Below the pieces are notes generated by a model. That model did no database searches. It was given only the letters and a program-made list of their open reading frames with translations, and was not told the origin of the DNA. Position numbers and translations under genes: made by a program. From positions 18,182,005 through 18,246,004 of the forward strand of contig CM119268.1 in the NCBI GenBank assembly GCA_051294375.1: a DNA stretch of 64,000 nt, written 5' to 3'. Positions within the stretch are counted from its first letter, which is position 1, and the number at the start of each line of letters is the position of its first letter. Shown piece after piece: positions 62,916 to 64,000 of this stretch. The DNA comes from Paraspadella gotoi (Eukaryota > Animalia > Chaetognatha).

Positions 62916-63938
62916 ATGGCTAAACAAGTAAGAATGTTTTTTTTATTGCGTGTACCGGTCAACTAAATGCCAGGTTGTTTCAAAAAATTAGTGTAAATAC
63001 TGTATATCAATCTTTACGGGTTTGCAAATGGCAGCTTTTTGTTAGCGGTTTAAATGTCACCATGTATTTGTTGCTAAGTTTTTCTTTTAAAGTATTTTAA
63101 ACTCAGTCGACATTGTATTTTCTACATTGTATATTTCTGATAAATACTAACTTTCTTTTTTTCATTTTCAGCTAAAAATGAAACCAGAACACAGGCAACG
63201 TAAGTAACAACTTGCTTAATTATTAATTATAAATTGTTATTAGTTTGAACAAATAAACGAATCTTTCCCAGAATTTTACAAAATCTTTAAAAAGTGGGAC
63301 AAGGACGGCAACGGACAACTCACCAAGGAAGAAGTTTGGGCCGCCTTCAGTTCTATGTCTCCGGTAACCAGTTAGTTTTTTTTTATGGAACTTTGGATTA
63401 GATACGAGGATGTCATGTTTTTTGGCATTAATATTATCTTTTCCACACAGGGTTCGAAAAAAGACAACAAACTAATGGAGACCTTTTGGAAGAATATCGA
63501 CGCTAATAGTAAAAAAAAAAAAACAATCGAAAATTATTTTTCATAAAATCTGTTGTTATATTTTGACTTCCTTTCAGACGACAATTTGATCTCTTTCGAA
63601 GAATTTCTAAAATATTCTGCTGTGAGTTTTCTTATTTTCCATTTTGACTGAATTTTTTTTTTTACATTGATGATAGCAATGATAATTCTCTGCAGGGGTT
63701 CGAGCTGCTGTCGGTTCTCAAAAGCGGCTCAGAGGATGGGGGAAAGACGATGCCAAAAAGCAAATTAAAAGGCGCTTTGTTGCAAAACAACGTAAGACTT
63801 GGTTAGAGTTACTATGCGATATTATTTTAACTATAGTAATTAAACTATTTTTTTTCTTCAAGATCTTGCCTCCGGCGGCGTTGAACAAATGTATGGCGTT
63901 AGTAGACAATAACGATGACGACAACATCGATTTAGAAG
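62916..63938 (+). CDS. Divergent calmodulin-like EF-hand protein, 3-prime end beyond the window
   Basis: Exons 62916-62927, 63172-63199, 63272-63363, 63451-63508, 63578-63621, 63696-63791, 63863-63938 give MAKQLKMKPEHRQQFYKIFKKWDKDGNGQLTKEEVWAAFSSMSPGSKKDNKLMETFWKNIDANNDNLISFEEFLKYSAGFELLSVLKSGSEDGGKTMPKSKLKGALLQNNILPPAALNKCMALVDNNDDDNIDLE. EF1, EF2 and EF4 are canonical; EF3 is degenerate. Confidence 0.88.
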
Positions 63939-64000
63939 GTGCAAATACGAAAATATGCTACAATGTACTGATATATACTTATAATGTAATAAGTTTTTTT

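Overview
AT-rich, microsatellite-laden animal (invertebrate-like) genomic scaffold with two N gaps and some error-like stretches. I hand-assembled six spliced genes with consistent exon phases: a secreted pancreatic-lipase-family enzyme with a short lid (minus, 755-5157); a secreted vWA + 6x EPN C-type lectin protein (minus, 36528-41253); a calmodulin-like gene (plus, 43343-45021); a divergent DEG/ENaC channel (minus, 45393-48518); a DMRT2/Dmrt11E-type factor (minus, 49148-54412); and a second EF-hand gene running off the end (plus, from 62916). Repeats include a ~600-bp foldback MITE family, a degraded LINE, many simple repeats, and a complete ~656-bp miniature LTR element (TRIM). The main oddities are: (1) two paralogous 134-nt introns in the lectin gene that appear to need a non-canonical GA donor (GAG|GAAAGT); (2) the TRIM, whose LTRs carry a 72-nt tRNA-like Pol III module, with a tRNA-Trp PBS, a PPT and a probable 4-bp TSD, plus solo-LTR relatives; (3) two palindromic remnants centred on Penelope-type minimal hammerhead ribozyme cores; (4) a DMA/CUE-like domain in a DMRT2-type protein. 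I could not build any gene in 5.3-36 kb. All calls are by eye, with no database searches.
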